A stretch of DNA of 64,000 bases from a virus (taxonomy: Duplodnaviria > Caudoviricetes), in the IMG/VR virus record IMGVR_UViG_3300042691_031247. One strand, written 5' to 3'. Below, piece after piece: positions 26,001-35,428 of this stretch (its first letter is position 1; each line of letters begins with the position of its first letter). The position numbers were made by a program, and so were the translations under genes. Under the pieces are notes generated by a model, which did not search any database, was not told where the DNA came from, and worked only from the letters and a program-made list of their open reading frames with translations.

Positions 26001-26675
26001 CTATTTTGGGCCGGGGTAATCGGTTTGCTGAGACGACCAAGCAACGAACCGCTGCCACAACGACGGTTTAGTTTGTTTAGCCGCAGCAAACGCCGCGGAG
26101 CACTCGCTGAGTTTTGCTTGCGTGTCTTGCAGCTCCTTATACACCACGTTGAGCCGAGTCTGCAATACGTCGTTCATCATTTTCAGATGCTCAGCCATGA
26201 AGTTGGCATTGTAAGTCGGCGTGCCGTTGCGTGCGGCAAATTCAACAACCGTCGCCGCGAAGCGCGCCATACCGCTAGCGGCCGGCGACTCTTCACCAAT
26301 CACAGATACTTCGCGCACACCCTTGAACCACGCGGCACAAAACACTTCGCCAATCGCCGCGAACAGCGCCAACCGTACTGGATATCTAAACGCGAAAAAG
26401 TCGCGCCTGTTCAACGCCTGATCAAACGTGCGCACCGGGTCAGCGCCGTTGACAAAATCGCGCTGCGCCGCCGCCAGCGCCTCGGCAATTTTTACAATCT
26501 CGTCCTGCGATATGTTGTGCTCGATATACCAGTTTGCCGCCTCATCTGTGCGGGCCGCGGCGTCGAGATTTTCAATAGCGCGAACCATGAGCGTCGGAGT
26601 GATGTACGCGTAGTCGCGTTCCGGGTTATACAGCGGTCCGCTGTCACCTTTCTGCCTGTAACCAATGCTGCTCAT
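26001..26675 (-). CDS. Hypothetical protein with C-terminal coiled coil
   Basis: Likely start MSSIGYRQKG, with AAAGGA upstream. Confidence 0.7.
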   Translation of the reverse strand: MSSIGYRQKGDSGPLYNPERDYAYITPTLMVRAIENLDAAARTDEAANWYIEHNISQDEIVKIAEALAAAQRDFVNGADPVRTFDQALNRRDFFAFRYPVRLALFAAIGEVFCAAWFKGVREVSVIGEESPAASGMARFAATVVEFAARNGTPTYNANFMAEHLKMMNDVLQTRLNVVYKELQDTQAKLSECSAAFAAAKQTKPSLWQRFVAWSSQQTDYPGPK

Positions 26676-26685
26676 AAAATCCTTT

Positions 26686-27537
26686 CTATGATGCGGACTC
26701 AACCTGCCGCGCTGCGCTTTGCCGGCACCGTACGCACAACAAACTAGAATCCTTGGGATCAAAAAACGCGTCTGTCCGACACGCGTCGCAATAACGCGTT
26801 TCGTATGTACGCTGGTGCGTCGCAAACATGCACTGGTCGGCACCAAGCCAACAATGCAGGCACGAGTGCTCGTACCCGTCAGGGCACGGGCGGGCGCGAG
26901 TTCGGACCTCGATAAGTCCGCGGTTGTCGCGCTGCATGCTGCTGCTTACGCTCACTTTTGAAAACGCCGGCTGCTCTCGACTGCGCTCGGCTTCAACGTG
27001 GGCGAAGAACAACAGGTTTAAAAAGTGCGCCGCTGTTGTATACGGATACGCACCCCACGGCGCAGAGAAACCCAGCGTCTGCGAAATCGCTCTACAGCTG
27101 TTCTGCGAGAAAAACTGCGTAACTAACATTGCCGCAGGAGAACCGCCGACAGCGCGACATTCAAGCATATAACCTGAAACAGTTTTACGCTTATATGGCC
27201 GCACGCCTTCTACGCACACGGGCACCAGCTCATCCTCCAGTTGCCGCGTCCACGGCAACACCGGGAGCCCGGCTTTGAGTGTTTCAACGTTGCCCGCGAG
27301 GCGCCACGCCAGCTCGTAAGCGGCGCGCTTCGACAGCCGCGTGCCAGCCAGCGCGCGTACAGAATCAAACACCGCCGGCTGCGAAACTGCGGCCGGCAAC
27401 TCCGCAAGTACGTCACGACAAATGTCGCGCAACGTCTCTCCGGCTACATTCGCATCTATGTATGGCCGAAGCGCGCGTTCCGCAAGTTTGTCGCGATACT
27501 GGCGCAGACGCACATAACTAAACGGAGGGCGTTTCAT
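26686..27537 (-). CDS. Hypothetical protein with C-terminal Cys-rich Zn-finger motifs
   Basis: CPDGYEHSCLHC...C, CDAC and CVRC. Confidence 0.7.
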   Translation of the reverse strand: MKRPPFSYVRLRQYRDKLAERALRPYIDANVAGETLRDICRDVLAELPAAVSQPAVFDSVRALAGTRLSKRAAYELAWRLAGNVETLKAGLPVLPWTRQLEDELVPVCVEGVRPYKRKTVSGYMLECRAVGGSPAAMLVTQFFSQNSCRAISQTLGFSAPWGAYPYTTAAHFLNLLFFAHVEAERSREQPAFSKVSVSSSMQRDNRGLIEVRTRARPCPDGYEHSCLHCWLGADQCMFATHQRTYETRYCDACRTDAFFDPKDSSLLCVRCRQSAARQVESAS

Positions 27538-28180
27538 CAGCGCCCCGCAACGTTACGTCTGATGGAGTTGGCAGCTGGCCGGGATCTACAGCAACAGTGT
27601 TTTGAGACGTGACACCCCGTACAGCGTCGCCGCTACGCGCCACGACCTTACGATCGGGGTTATTGGCCTCCCACTGTTGCCGCGCTTTGTTACACGTTTC
27701 TTCGGCGCTCGTGGCCGTTTCTTTGACCGCCAGCGCTTCTTGCTCTAGCGCCAGAATAATCGTGCCCAGCTCGCTCGACAGCAGGTTGGCAATGTCGCCG
27801 ACGCAAATAACGTTCTTGACGTGAGCAGTAACGGGCTCCGATTCCTTACCGTCTTTAACCGACCGAAACGTAATTGCAATGTCTTCGAGCTTGATGGTTT
27901 CAGGCAGCGGGTCGCTGAGCGTCTTGCCGTGCAATTCTGCGCCAATCTGCCGCAGGGCATTAAACCGCGTATACATCTCTTCCATGCGCGTGGCGGCGTC
28001 CTTGATCAACGTAGACGGATTCACTTTTACCGTCTGCGGCTGCGAGGCCGCCGTCTGCAGGGCCTTTGCCAGCGCCGACGCGTCCATCTTAATCGGCACC
28101 GTAACGTTGGTAGTTCCGCCGGTGCTCTGGGCTGCGGGAGTTTCAGACTTGACTGCGTCTACAATCGTCGTTTTTGCCAT
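27518..28180 (-). CDS. Hypothetical coiled-coil protein
   Basis: Likely start MAKTTIVD. Confidence 0.65.
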   Translation of the reverse strand: MAKTTIVDAVKSETPAAQSTGGTTNVTVPIKMDASALAKALQTAASQPQTVKVNPSTLIKDAATRMEEMYTRFNALRQIGAELHGKTLSDPLPETIKLEDIAITFRSVKDGKESEPVTAHVKNVICVGDIANLLSSELGTIILALEQEALAVKETATSAEETCNKARQQWEANNPDRKVVARSGDAVRGVTSQNTVAVDPGQLPTPSDVTLRGADETPSV

Positions 28181-28190
28181 TGTTTCGTCC

Positions 28191-28595
28191 TTAAATTGTT
28201 TTAACTGCAAACCCAAACCAATAACGTAACCCGCTATTCAATCCTGTGTCGGGATCATACAACAACTCCACCGGATTTCCAGTCGCCACATAAAAGTGGC
28301 TGACGGGCCGTGGTAGGTAAGCTGCGCAAGATAACCCGCACTGCAACAGAAACGCCATCGCGAGATCTGCCGCCGGATTTAGATCGTACGAAAAAAGCGG
28401 AATTCGTAAATACTCGTCGTGCTCGGAAAAAGCCCATACTGGCTGCTCGCCGGGAGTATGCGCGGCATCCAGAATATGCCACTTAGACCCGCCTACCTCG
28501 TCAATCGGCTTTATCAACGCTGGCTCAAAAGGCACGCCCTCCGGCCAGCGCTCCCGAGTCTTTTTCATATCTAAACGGGCGACGGAAACTTTCAT
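28191..28595 (-). CDS. Hypothetical protein
   Basis: ATGA overlap with the upstream gene. Confidence 0.65.
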   Translation of the reverse strand: MKVSVARLDMKKTRERWPEGVPFEPALIKPIDEVGGSKWHILDAAHTPGEQPVWAFSEHDEYLRIPLFSYDLNPAADLAMAFLLQCGLSCAAYLPRPVSHFYVATGNPVELLYDPDTGLNSGLRYWFGFAVKTI

Positions 28596-29302
28596 GTCGT
28601 CATCGTCCTCGGTTCTGCGGTCTCGACCCCTGAGTCGTTGACGTTGATTTTCACGCCCTCTCGAAAATGGCAGAAGCGAATGTCTTGGTGTTTAAACGCC
28701 GCGCCAAGCACACGCTCACCATATTTCTGCTGGAACCCGGAAGGAGGAAAATCGAATTGGTACAGCAGCTCCGTTTTAATCGCCCACCATCCGCCGATAA
28801 CGTACGGCAAATATATTTTTTCATATTCAGGGTTAAACCACGGCTGCTGCTTCATCCACCACAGCTGCTCTTCGGGTAGTTTAGCGCGCTCGACTGATCC
28901 CACAAGATTACAGCCGTTCACATTTGTTGTTACGCGTGCAAACCAGTTGTGCACGTCGTCCATCGGCTCTAAATACGAGTCGTGGTCAAACCACATAGTG
29001 ATTGGCGCCGTAATCGGCGGCTCGTAGAACATGCGCCGCATCATCGGATACTTCATCAAATTTTCAGCGCTGTGAAAAATCGTCGCCGAATGAAAATGAT
29101 CGGCAATCTGCTGTACAAGAAACTGAGTCGTGTCTGGTCCCACAGCGTTACAACCAAAACGAAAAGAAACGTTCTGGGTGGCCAACTCGCGCATCGGGCC
29201 ATTGAGCACACGCTGCGCCAGCTTGAAGTGCTTGTCTTCTGCGCCGTAAAACAACACGCAGATACAAACAGATGCGGCTCCATCCGCCATACACGACTCC
29301 AT
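28592..29302 (-). CDS. Glycosyltransferase-like protein, GT-A fold
   Basis: SVCICVLFYG N-terminal strand, NLMKYPMMRR, DxD-like WFDHDSY, IGGWWAIK, GERVLG. Confidence 0.6.
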   Translation of the reverse strand: MESCMADGAASVCICVLFYGAEDKHFKLAQRVLNGPMRELATQNVSFRFGCNAVGPDTTQFLVQQIADHFHSATIFHSAENLMKYPMMRRMFYEPPITAPITMWFDHDSYLEPMDDVHNWFARVTTNVNGCNLVGSVERAKLPEEQLWWMKQQPWFNPEYEKIYLPYVIGGWWAIKTELLYQFDFPPSGFQQKYGERVLGAAFKHQDIRFCHFREGVKINVNDSGVETAEPRTMTT

Positions 29303-29314
29303 TCAATTAACGTG

Positions 29315-29863
29315 TTACAGCTTAATCGGTGCCATTGCGGCCCGGGCCACGGCAACCGGCATAACTACCGGCGGAACACGCGACCTGCCCAGAATCTTCA
29401 GCACACGCATCACGTCTTGTGGCGCGGGGTCCGAACCCTTCTTGGCGTCTTTGACCATCTTATCGACCAACTCAAGAAACGTCGTGCGCTCTTTTACTGT
29501 CGGGAAGTTAAACCTGACAGAAAACTGCGTCACCGTTTTACCGGCATGCTCATCGGCAACGTCGCACCGATCCCACGCCGACTTCTCGTCGCCTCGTGTA
29601 TACACGCAGGCAATCCGGCCAAGAAAGTCATAGACCACAATCACAGCCGACTTATCAACATCCCCGAGTAAAGAGAAAGCGTGAGGAAATTGAGTTGCCG
29701 GAATAAACGGCAACTTCTCCACCATGCTCTCGTTTAGTTCGAGGCGCTGTAGCTGCAGCGGAAATGTGCGATGTCCGCGGGCATCGTCTTTGATAAAGAA
29801 TTCAGCCTCAAGCGCACCAACGCCGGGCTCAATCACAACTGGAACATTACGTACAGAAAACAT
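29315..29863 (-). CDS. Hypothetical protein
   Basis: GGAGG RBS; 182 aa. Confidence 0.65.
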   Translation of the reverse strand: MFSVRNVPVVIEPGVGALEAEFFIKDDARGHRTFPLQLQRLELNESMVEKLPFIPATQFPHAFSLLGDVDKSAVIVVYDFLGRIACVYTRGDEKSAWDRCDVADEHAGKTVTQFSVRFNFPTVKERTTFLELVDKMVKDAKKGSDPAPQDVMRVLKILGRSRVPPVVMPVAVARAAMAPIKL

Positions 29864-29871
29864 AAAACCTC

Positions 29872-30759
29872 CTAACGCGTCATATCGGACCGGCGACGCG
29901 GCGAGGCTTCCTGCTCTTCCGTATCGTCATCAACCTCTTCGCGCTTGTCCAGTTCTTCCCGAACCTTAGCGCACATCGCACGGTGATCCGCTACAATGTC
30001 AGACATCTTCTCAAAGTTTTCGACGATCTCGGCGAAGTAGCCTTGAACAGTTGCGTCAAACTTTGACGGTGCAGCATTTACGATATCGTCGTAAATGTTG
30101 TCACGCTTTTCGCTCAACCAGAGCGAATCAGATCGCGAAATCCAGCGCCGCTGGTGTTGCAGCAAATCGTGCAGCTGCTGCTTGAGCCCCTTGGGCGACT
30201 GATGCGTGCGCCCACTGGTCTTCTGCTTGCCGCGCATCTCCTGCAACTCGGTAGCCAACGTGCGTGCCGTGTACGCTTCCTCGACGCACTTCTCCTCGAC
30301 GGCAGCGCGCTGCTGATCGTCGGGAATCTGCGTGAGCAGCTGCACGTGCGAAGTCGTCAGCCGCCACCGCGGGCGGTCGGGACAACGCAGGCTGAGCAAC
30401 CGAATAATCTCGGCCTCGCTCGGGTACTTCTCAAAGAAGTTCACGGCACCACGCATCTGCTCGACGGTATAAACGGGCGCAAAAATCGCCATGAGCAACG
30501 AGGCTCCGTCGACGTGCTGCGTCTGCTGTTCCGGCGTCAGATAGCGTTCTGGATCTCCCTTTACCTCCGAAATAAGCTTTCCGATCCGCCAGTACGCACG
30601 CAGACTAGCTTCCTGCGCGTCACTGAACAGACCGTCGATTTCGGAAACGACGTCCTGCAACTCAGGCGTCAAATTCTCCATTGCTACTAAGAGCGGCGAA
30701 TTACGAGAATCAACCATGTCGGCCTGAATCATCGCTGCCGCCTTAGACTTCCTACCCAT
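29872..30759 (-). CDS. DUF1016 N-terminal (YhcG-N)-like DNA-binding protein
   Basis: YWRIGKLI...TTSHVQLLTQIPDDQQRAAVEEKCVEEAYTARTLATEL matches the YW.IG..I / W.H...LL...D...R / WS.R.L pattern. Confidence 0.65.
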   Translation of the reverse strand: MGRKSKAAAMIQADMVDSRNSPLLVAMENLTPELQDVVSEIDGLFSDAQEASLRAYWRIGKLISEVKGDPERYLTPEQQTQHVDGASLLMAIFAPVYTVEQMRGAVNFFEKYPSEAEIIRLLSLRCPDRPRWRLTTSHVQLLTQIPDDQQRAAVEEKCVEEAYTARTLATELQEMRGKQKTSGRTHQSPKGLKQQLHDLLQHQRRWISRSDSLWLSEKRDNIYDDIVNAAPSKFDATVQGYFAEIVENFEKMSDIVADHRAMCAKVREELDKREEVDDDTEEQEASPRRRSDMTR

Positions 30760-30786
30760 TGAATCTCTCCCTATATGTGAGGTTAA

Positions 30787-31953
30787 CTATTTTCGCTTTC
30801 TGCCTTTGGGGGCAGGAAGCAGCAATTCAAGCGCGGTTGTTTGCAGTAGATCGCGCAGGGTGTGGTAGTGCCCGCGCGAACACCGCAACATAGAACAAAA
30901 TAAGTCATAGGCGTTGCGCTGCCTAAGCACTTCTTTTGTGTAAACGTCAATGGCGTCGCGCGGCTCGATATCCGCGCCAACCATTGCTGTGTTTCGAATA
31001 ATCTGTTTAGCGTCTTCGCGCGTAATCTTGAACTTCATCAAATACGAAGTCCATTTATCGTTCGCGGCGTCCATGGTTGTCTTGTCTGGTGAAAACTCCA
31101 GCGACAATCCCATCATCGCCGAAACCCGCGCTGCAACGGCCGTCATATCAATGCCGCGCTCGGCAACATTAGACGCCAGAATCGCCGTGCGCCCGACAAG
31201 GTCTGCGCCCGTGTGGTTTAACCGCCCGCCTTTGCCTGCCGGAGACAACGCAGCGCCAAACTTCGTATACAGACAGGTAGACGCCCGGATAGCGTTTCCA
31301 GTGTCTTCGCGATTCGAGAAATACCAGCCGGCCGCAAATGTGTGTCGCGGATCGGTATAGATATCTGTACGCCGCGATTTGGGATCTATGAAATACAGCC
31401 GCAGCTCTCGCCCCAAAAGCTCCGCCCGAAAAAACTCGGCTTGCGGTTGCTTGTCGTACAGCTCGTTGCTGACGGTTTCCATGAACAAACTGTTGTCCAG
31501 CATGCGGTGATCGAGGCCCAGAAATCCTTCGACTGCCCGCTCGCGATGGTTCACCAGCAACGTGCGCTCGCGCAACGCATCAAACCTAACACGAAGCGTC
31601 GTGTTGTAAATACTAACCGCCGCGGCAATGTCGTTTGCGCGAGTGGTCGTACGAACCTGCCGAACGTTCTCGCCCGACAACTCGTTAAACAGTTGCGCCA
31701 GTCCCGCAGACAAAACTGACGACAGCGCTCGGAAACCGATGGCGTTAAACCGATAACCGTTTTCGACAATGCTGCCGTTGGGTCCCATAATTAACTGGGA
31801 CTCCTCAACGACAGGGACCGACTCCGTGCTGGCGGAGCGCATCTCCAGAAACTTTCGGCACTCCTCTAGCTGGCTTGCCGAGAACGAGAACGCCGGCACG
31901 GGCGCAAACACACTGCGCACAGTTGTTGTTGCCGACAACATTCGGGCCTCCAT
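30787..31953 (-). CDS. Hypothetical protein, DUF932-like
   Basis: LLVNHRERAVEGFLGLDHRMLDN and GWYFSNREDTGNAIRASTCLY resemble DUF932-family motifs. Confidence 0.5.
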   Translation of the reverse strand: MEARMLSATTTVRSVFAPVPAFSFSASQLEECRKFLEMRSASTESVPVVEESQLIMGPNGSIVENGYRFNAIGFRALSSVLSAGLAQLFNELSGENVRQVRTTTRANDIAAAVSIYNTTLRVRFDALRERTLLVNHRERAVEGFLGLDHRMLDNSLFMETVSNELYDKQPQAEFFRAELLGRELRLYFIDPKSRRTDIYTDPRHTFAAGWYFSNREDTGNAIRASTCLYTKFGAALSPAGKGGRLNHTGADLVGRTAILASNVAERGIDMTAVAARVSAMMGLSLEFSPDKTTMDAANDKWTSYLMKFKITREDAKQIIRNTAMVGADIEPRDAIDVYTKEVLRQRNAYDLFCSMLRCSRGHYHTLRDLLQTTALELLLPAPKGRKRK

Positions 31954-31959
31954 GCCACA

Positions 31960-32523
31960 CTAGTCGTAATACCAGTCTGAGCCGATCGCGTTAAAGAGCG
32001 TGGTGGTGTGCTCAACTATAAAGATATTCTTGACAGTTGGCGGAAAACTGCAGATCCACTGAACACGAGGAATGCCGGTGTCGTCTGTTATATGGTTGTG
32101 GGCGCACAGCATCGTCCGCACCACAGGAAAACACATGATGAACCGGCGCTCTGTGTTTACTTCCATTTTGTGCAGGTTCTTGGCCACCGCGGCGCACAAC
32201 CTGTTTTTACCGTCTTTCGGCAGTTTGAACAGATCAGCCATCGTCAATTCGTGGAGCCGCGGAATGCGCCGGCCGCACAATACGCCGGGAAAGCGGTGAA
32301 ACTCAGAGTTAAACCAGCTAAAGTTCAGCTTGTCGTGGCCGGTCATGTCACGGCACTCGTTCGCCATCTTGCCCCAGCCAGATATCTTAATACCGCACTC
32401 TTTGAAGACGCGCTTGATAATGCGCTCCTCAAAAGCGAGTTGGCGCTGAAACCGAATGGCCTCAGCGCCGTCACTGTCTTGATTGAACAGTTCGTTGAAG
32501 AACTGGTCGCGCGGGTCGGACAT
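31960..32523 (-). CDS. Hypothetical protein
   Basis: 187-aa ORF in operon order. Confidence 0.65.
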   Translation of the reverse strand: MSDPRDQFFNELFNQDSDGAEAIRFQRQLAFEERIIKRVFKECGIKISGWGKMANECRDMTGHDKLNFSWFNSEFHRFPGVLCGRRIPRLHELTMADLFKLPKDGKNRLCAAVAKNLHKMEVNTERRFIMCFPVVRTMLCAHNHITDDTGIPRVQWICSFPPTVKNIFIVEHTTTLFNAIGSDWYYD

Positions 32524-32525
32524 AG

Positions 32526-32735
32526 TCAGGACGCCGTATTGTTATCAAAGTAACCGGCAATAGATGACGCCGGCGGCAGCGGCATCCACAGTAGCAACGC
32601 TTGTTGGGTCGCCAGCTCGCCACCCGTCACCATGAACTGGTCGTGCGTGATGGGGTCAGCGGCGAGCACCTTTTCGTCGCGCCCGGGGAGCCTGTCGTTT
32701 ACGTGAGTCCACCTTCCGAACTTTGGTTCCTTCAT
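32526..32735 (-). CDS. DUF551-like small phage protein
   Basis: WTHVNDRLP...VLA...LWMPLPP. Confidence 0.75.
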   Translation of the reverse strand: MKEPKFGRWTHVNDRLPGRDEKVLAADPITHDQFMVTGGELATQQALLLWMPLPPASSIAGYFDNNTAS

Positions 32736-32907
32736 GAAGCACCTTTTCTACGTCTTTGAGTAATCCTTCGGCGTTAATGATTTTGTCGCACGCCGATTCG
32801 CCCGCTGGCACGCATTGATGCGTTTCCAGCACGTCTCGCACCACCCAAGCCAGCCAGTCTACTTCTTCTCGCGTAAACGAGATCGAGATGCTGACCGGCT
32901 TGATCAT
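32656..32907 (-). CDS. Hypothetical protein
   Basis: Likely start MIKPVSISISF. Confidence 0.5.
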   Translation of the reverse strand: MIKPVSISISFTREEVDWLAWVVRDVLETHQCVPAGESACDKIINAEGLLKDVEKVLHEGTKVRKVDSRKRQAPRARRKGARR

Positions 32908-32911
32908 TTCT

Positions 32912-33277
32912 TTAGCTGTCTTCTTCTTCGTCTTCTTCGTCATATTTGTCCGCATTGTGTTCCTCGTCATACTCGTCAACGGCTTCCATAAATTCATTGA
33001 AGCTCATGCCCGGCGAGTTAACGCACTCCATAAATTGATAAATAAACCGGCTCTCTCCCGTCTCTTTGTCGACGCGCTCCGTTAGCCGGTAGTGCATCAT
33101 GTCGCCGGTTTCGTGGTCGTAACCGCTGATGATGGTATCGGCTTCGGGAATAGGCACGGGCAACTTAGATCCGTCTACAGGGCCGCCAAAACACTCGGCA
33201 ACCTGAAACAGTTCTTTTTGCATGCCCATAAGTTCGTGCTCAAAAGGCGTATCATCGTCGTCGTTGTCGTCGTCCAT
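32912..33277 (-). CDS. Acidic GGPxDG-motif protein (paralog 1)
   Basis: AECFGGPVDG; Asp/Glu-rich termini. Confidence 0.65.
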   Translation of the reverse strand: MDDDNDDDDTPFEHELMGMQKELFQVAECFGGPVDGSKLPVPIPEADTIISGYDHETGDMMHYRLTERVDKETGESRFIYQFMECVNSPGMSFNEFMEAVDEYDEEHNADKYDEEDEEEDS

Positions 33278-33618
33278 TAGTCTCGATCCCAGTTGTACCA
33301 GTCCGGCTCCAGATCGGGGTCGTAATTGTTCGCAGGGCATCCGGGGTGGCCGATAATGATATTGTCTATTATGGTTTTGCTATCCGTCCCGGCGTAAGCG
33401 TAAAACGTTTTCTCGTCCTCAAGACAACCTTTTTCGGCGTTGTATTTTTTCGCAGTCAGCAGCACGTAATAGTGCGGTTTTCCGTCGGCATCTGGAAACG
33501 ATATCGTGGCGCTGCCGGACTGACTTACGGCGCCAGTGCTGCACCACGTCCCGTCTCTCGGCCCGCCGTACACTTCGCACCACAGATAATCAAGATGCGC
33601 GCGCGACTTGTCAGCCAT
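33277..33618 (-). CDS. GGPxDG-motif protein (paralog 2)
   Basis: WCEVYGGPRDG. Confidence 0.7.
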   Translation of the reverse strand: MADKSRAHLDYLWCEVYGGPRDGTWCSTGAVSQSGSATISFPDADGKPHYYVLLTAKKYNAEKGCLEDEKTFYAYAGTDSKTIIDNIIIGHPGCPANNYDPDLEPDWYNWDRD

Positions 33619-33634
33619 ATACCCTCCGTAAGGT

Positions 33635-33976
33635 TTAAAACTCTTTGTCGGGAAACGTCAATTCAATCACCGGATTCGTGTCTCGAATCTCTCCGAGCGT
33701 TGCATCCTCTGCGTGCACACCGCGGTACGCGTAAAAATTCCACCACCGGTTAGCGCGCTTTGGGTCAGCCTGCTGCCACGCTAAGTACCAATGGCACACA
33801 TCGGCGCCATTCTCGTCTTTCACTTTTTGATAGAAAAAACCCGGTGATTCGTAATAAATATCGGGATACACATCCTCGATGTTGTCTGGCGCGAAAACGG
33901 GCAGATCGCGGCCGTCGAGCGGGCCGCCGACACAGGTCATGAGCGACCCGCAACGCATATCTTCAGCACGTATCAT
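33635..33976 (-). CDS. GGPxDG-motif protein (paralog 3)
   Basis: MTCVGGPLDG. Confidence 0.7.
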   Translation of the reverse strand: MIRAEDMRCGSLMTCVGGPLDGRDLPVFAPDNIEDVYPDIYYESPGFFYQKVKDENGADVCHWYLAWQQADPKRANRWWNFYAYRGVHAEDATLGEIRDTNPVIELTFPDKEF

Positions 33977-35346
33977 CAGTCAACCTGTCCAAGGGGATCC
34001 AGATCCGCTCCGACAACTTCGCCGACCGTGCTTGACGCTGCCATAAGCTCAGGCACGTCGGTCATCTGATTATTCTTTAACTCTTCCATCACCTGCTCGC
34101 GATACTTACGCGCCGGGTCGCAGATGGTGTAGTCGTTCACGCCAAGTAAGCCGTGCAACATGCCGAGGACTTTAGGGTTGTCTTCAAGCATGATGGACGC
34201 CTCAACTTCAGACACGGCGTCTTGCTTGGAAATACCAAGCGCCTTAGAAAATACCAGCGGTGTTTCAGCGTTCTTGGTGCCGTGCTTGTATTCCAAATCG
34301 CAGACCTGCTTGAGCAAGCCCGGCAGCTTGGGGTCCATACCCGGAACCGGCTTACCGTCGCCCGACTGTAGCTCCATGAGCAACCGAATGGACGCAGTGT
34401 GCCAGTCCCAGAAATGGAACTGCTGGTTCTTGTAAGTCTCGTTGCCGTTCTTGTCGACGGCCGGGACGATCTCGTTGTACCAGAGCAGATTAACAACGAT
34501 CTTGCGCCCGGGAGCGCCGAGATTGTTCTTAGTCGCTGCAATACGAATCGATGCGCCCTCGTAGCGTGGCGGGATGTTCTTCTGCGACGCCTTCGACATG
34601 TCGAGGATCAACGTCGGGTAGTAATCCAGACTAGCGCCACCGGGAGCGTACTTCTTGGGCGGGCCAAATCCCATGGAGTTAATTTCCTCCTTGAGATGGT
34701 TCGTCGCAACAAGCGCAATCGGGTAATGCCGCAGAGTGGGCACCAGCGCCGTCCGCATGAAGTCAGACAGGTTGCGGGCGAGATACGGGTGGCCGGCCGC
34801 GGCGTGACCCTCGTCGGCTACCTTCTCGACGCGACGATCGACTTCGACAGCCGAGATGGAGTCGATGCCAATACAGATAGGAATAACTCTGTCCGGCGCG
34901 TTGGCTGCGTCGACCTGCTTGTGAATCGCCTGACAGAACTCCATGTAGTGCTTCTGCCACTCTTCCACGCTCGCCGCCGTCTTGATGCGGGTCCGAGCGA
35001 TGTACTGCTGGTTGTGGCTGAACAAGCCCGACATCATCGTCGGCGAGCCCTTGTTCTCAGTGTCGATCATGATGGCGCCGCCGCCATACATGTGAAACCA
35101 GCGCATGATCTCGATGAGCAACGCGGACTTACCCGCGCTGAACTCGCCGCGAAGCTGCGTAAAGCGCGACAGCGGGAAAATGTTCGCCTGCAGCAGATAA
35201 CGCGCTGCAAGCGTCGGAAGCGGCAAGCCGATCAGCGGATCTTGATCTTCCGCCGTCGCCTTGAGCACTTCCGTGATAACCGGATGCTCGCCATTGCGGG
35301 CGAACACATCAACCTCGTCGTGATCTTCTTTACGTTTCCTGCCCAT
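33976..35346 (-). CDS. recA: RecA/UvsX-like recombinase
   Basis: Walker A GEFSAGKS, IDTEN, Walker B IGIDSISA, NHLKEEI, APGGASLDYY, KNNLGAP; start MGRKRKEDHD with AAGGGA RBS. Confidence 0.9.
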   Translation of the reverse strand: MGRKRKEDHDEVDVFARNGEHPVITEVLKATAEDQDPLIGLPLPTLAARYLLQANIFPLSRFTQLRGEFSAGKSALLIEIMRWFHMYGGGAIMIDTENKGSPTMMSGLFSHNQQYIARTRIKTAASVEEWQKHYMEFCQAIHKQVDAANAPDRVIPICIGIDSISAVEVDRRVEKVADEGHAAAGHPYLARNLSDFMRTALVPTLRHYPIALVATNHLKEEINSMGFGPPKKYAPGGASLDYYPTLILDMSKASQKNIPPRYEGASIRIAATKNNLGAPGRKIVVNLLWYNEIVPAVDKNGNETYKNQQFHFWDWHTASIRLLMELQSGDGKPVPGMDPKLPGLLKQVCDLEYKHGTKNAETPLVFSKALGISKQDAVSEVEASIMLEDNPKVLGMLHGLLGVNDYTICDPARKYREQVMEELKNNQMTDVPELMAASSTVGEVVGADLDPLGQVD

Positions 35347-35371
35347 AAATTCCCTTCTTGATATAAATACC

Positions 35372-35418
35372 CCGACCCCGGCGCGCACGCACTGAGGAAA
35401 ACGTGACGCCGGGGTCGG
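35372..35418 (-). promoter_or_regulatory. Long GC-rich intergenic hairpin between the probable SSB and recA
   Basis: ccgaccccggcg (35372-35383) / cgccggggtcgg (35407-35418), a 12-bp perfect inverted repeat. Confidence 0.6.
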
Positions 35419-35428
35419 AGCGAAATAA

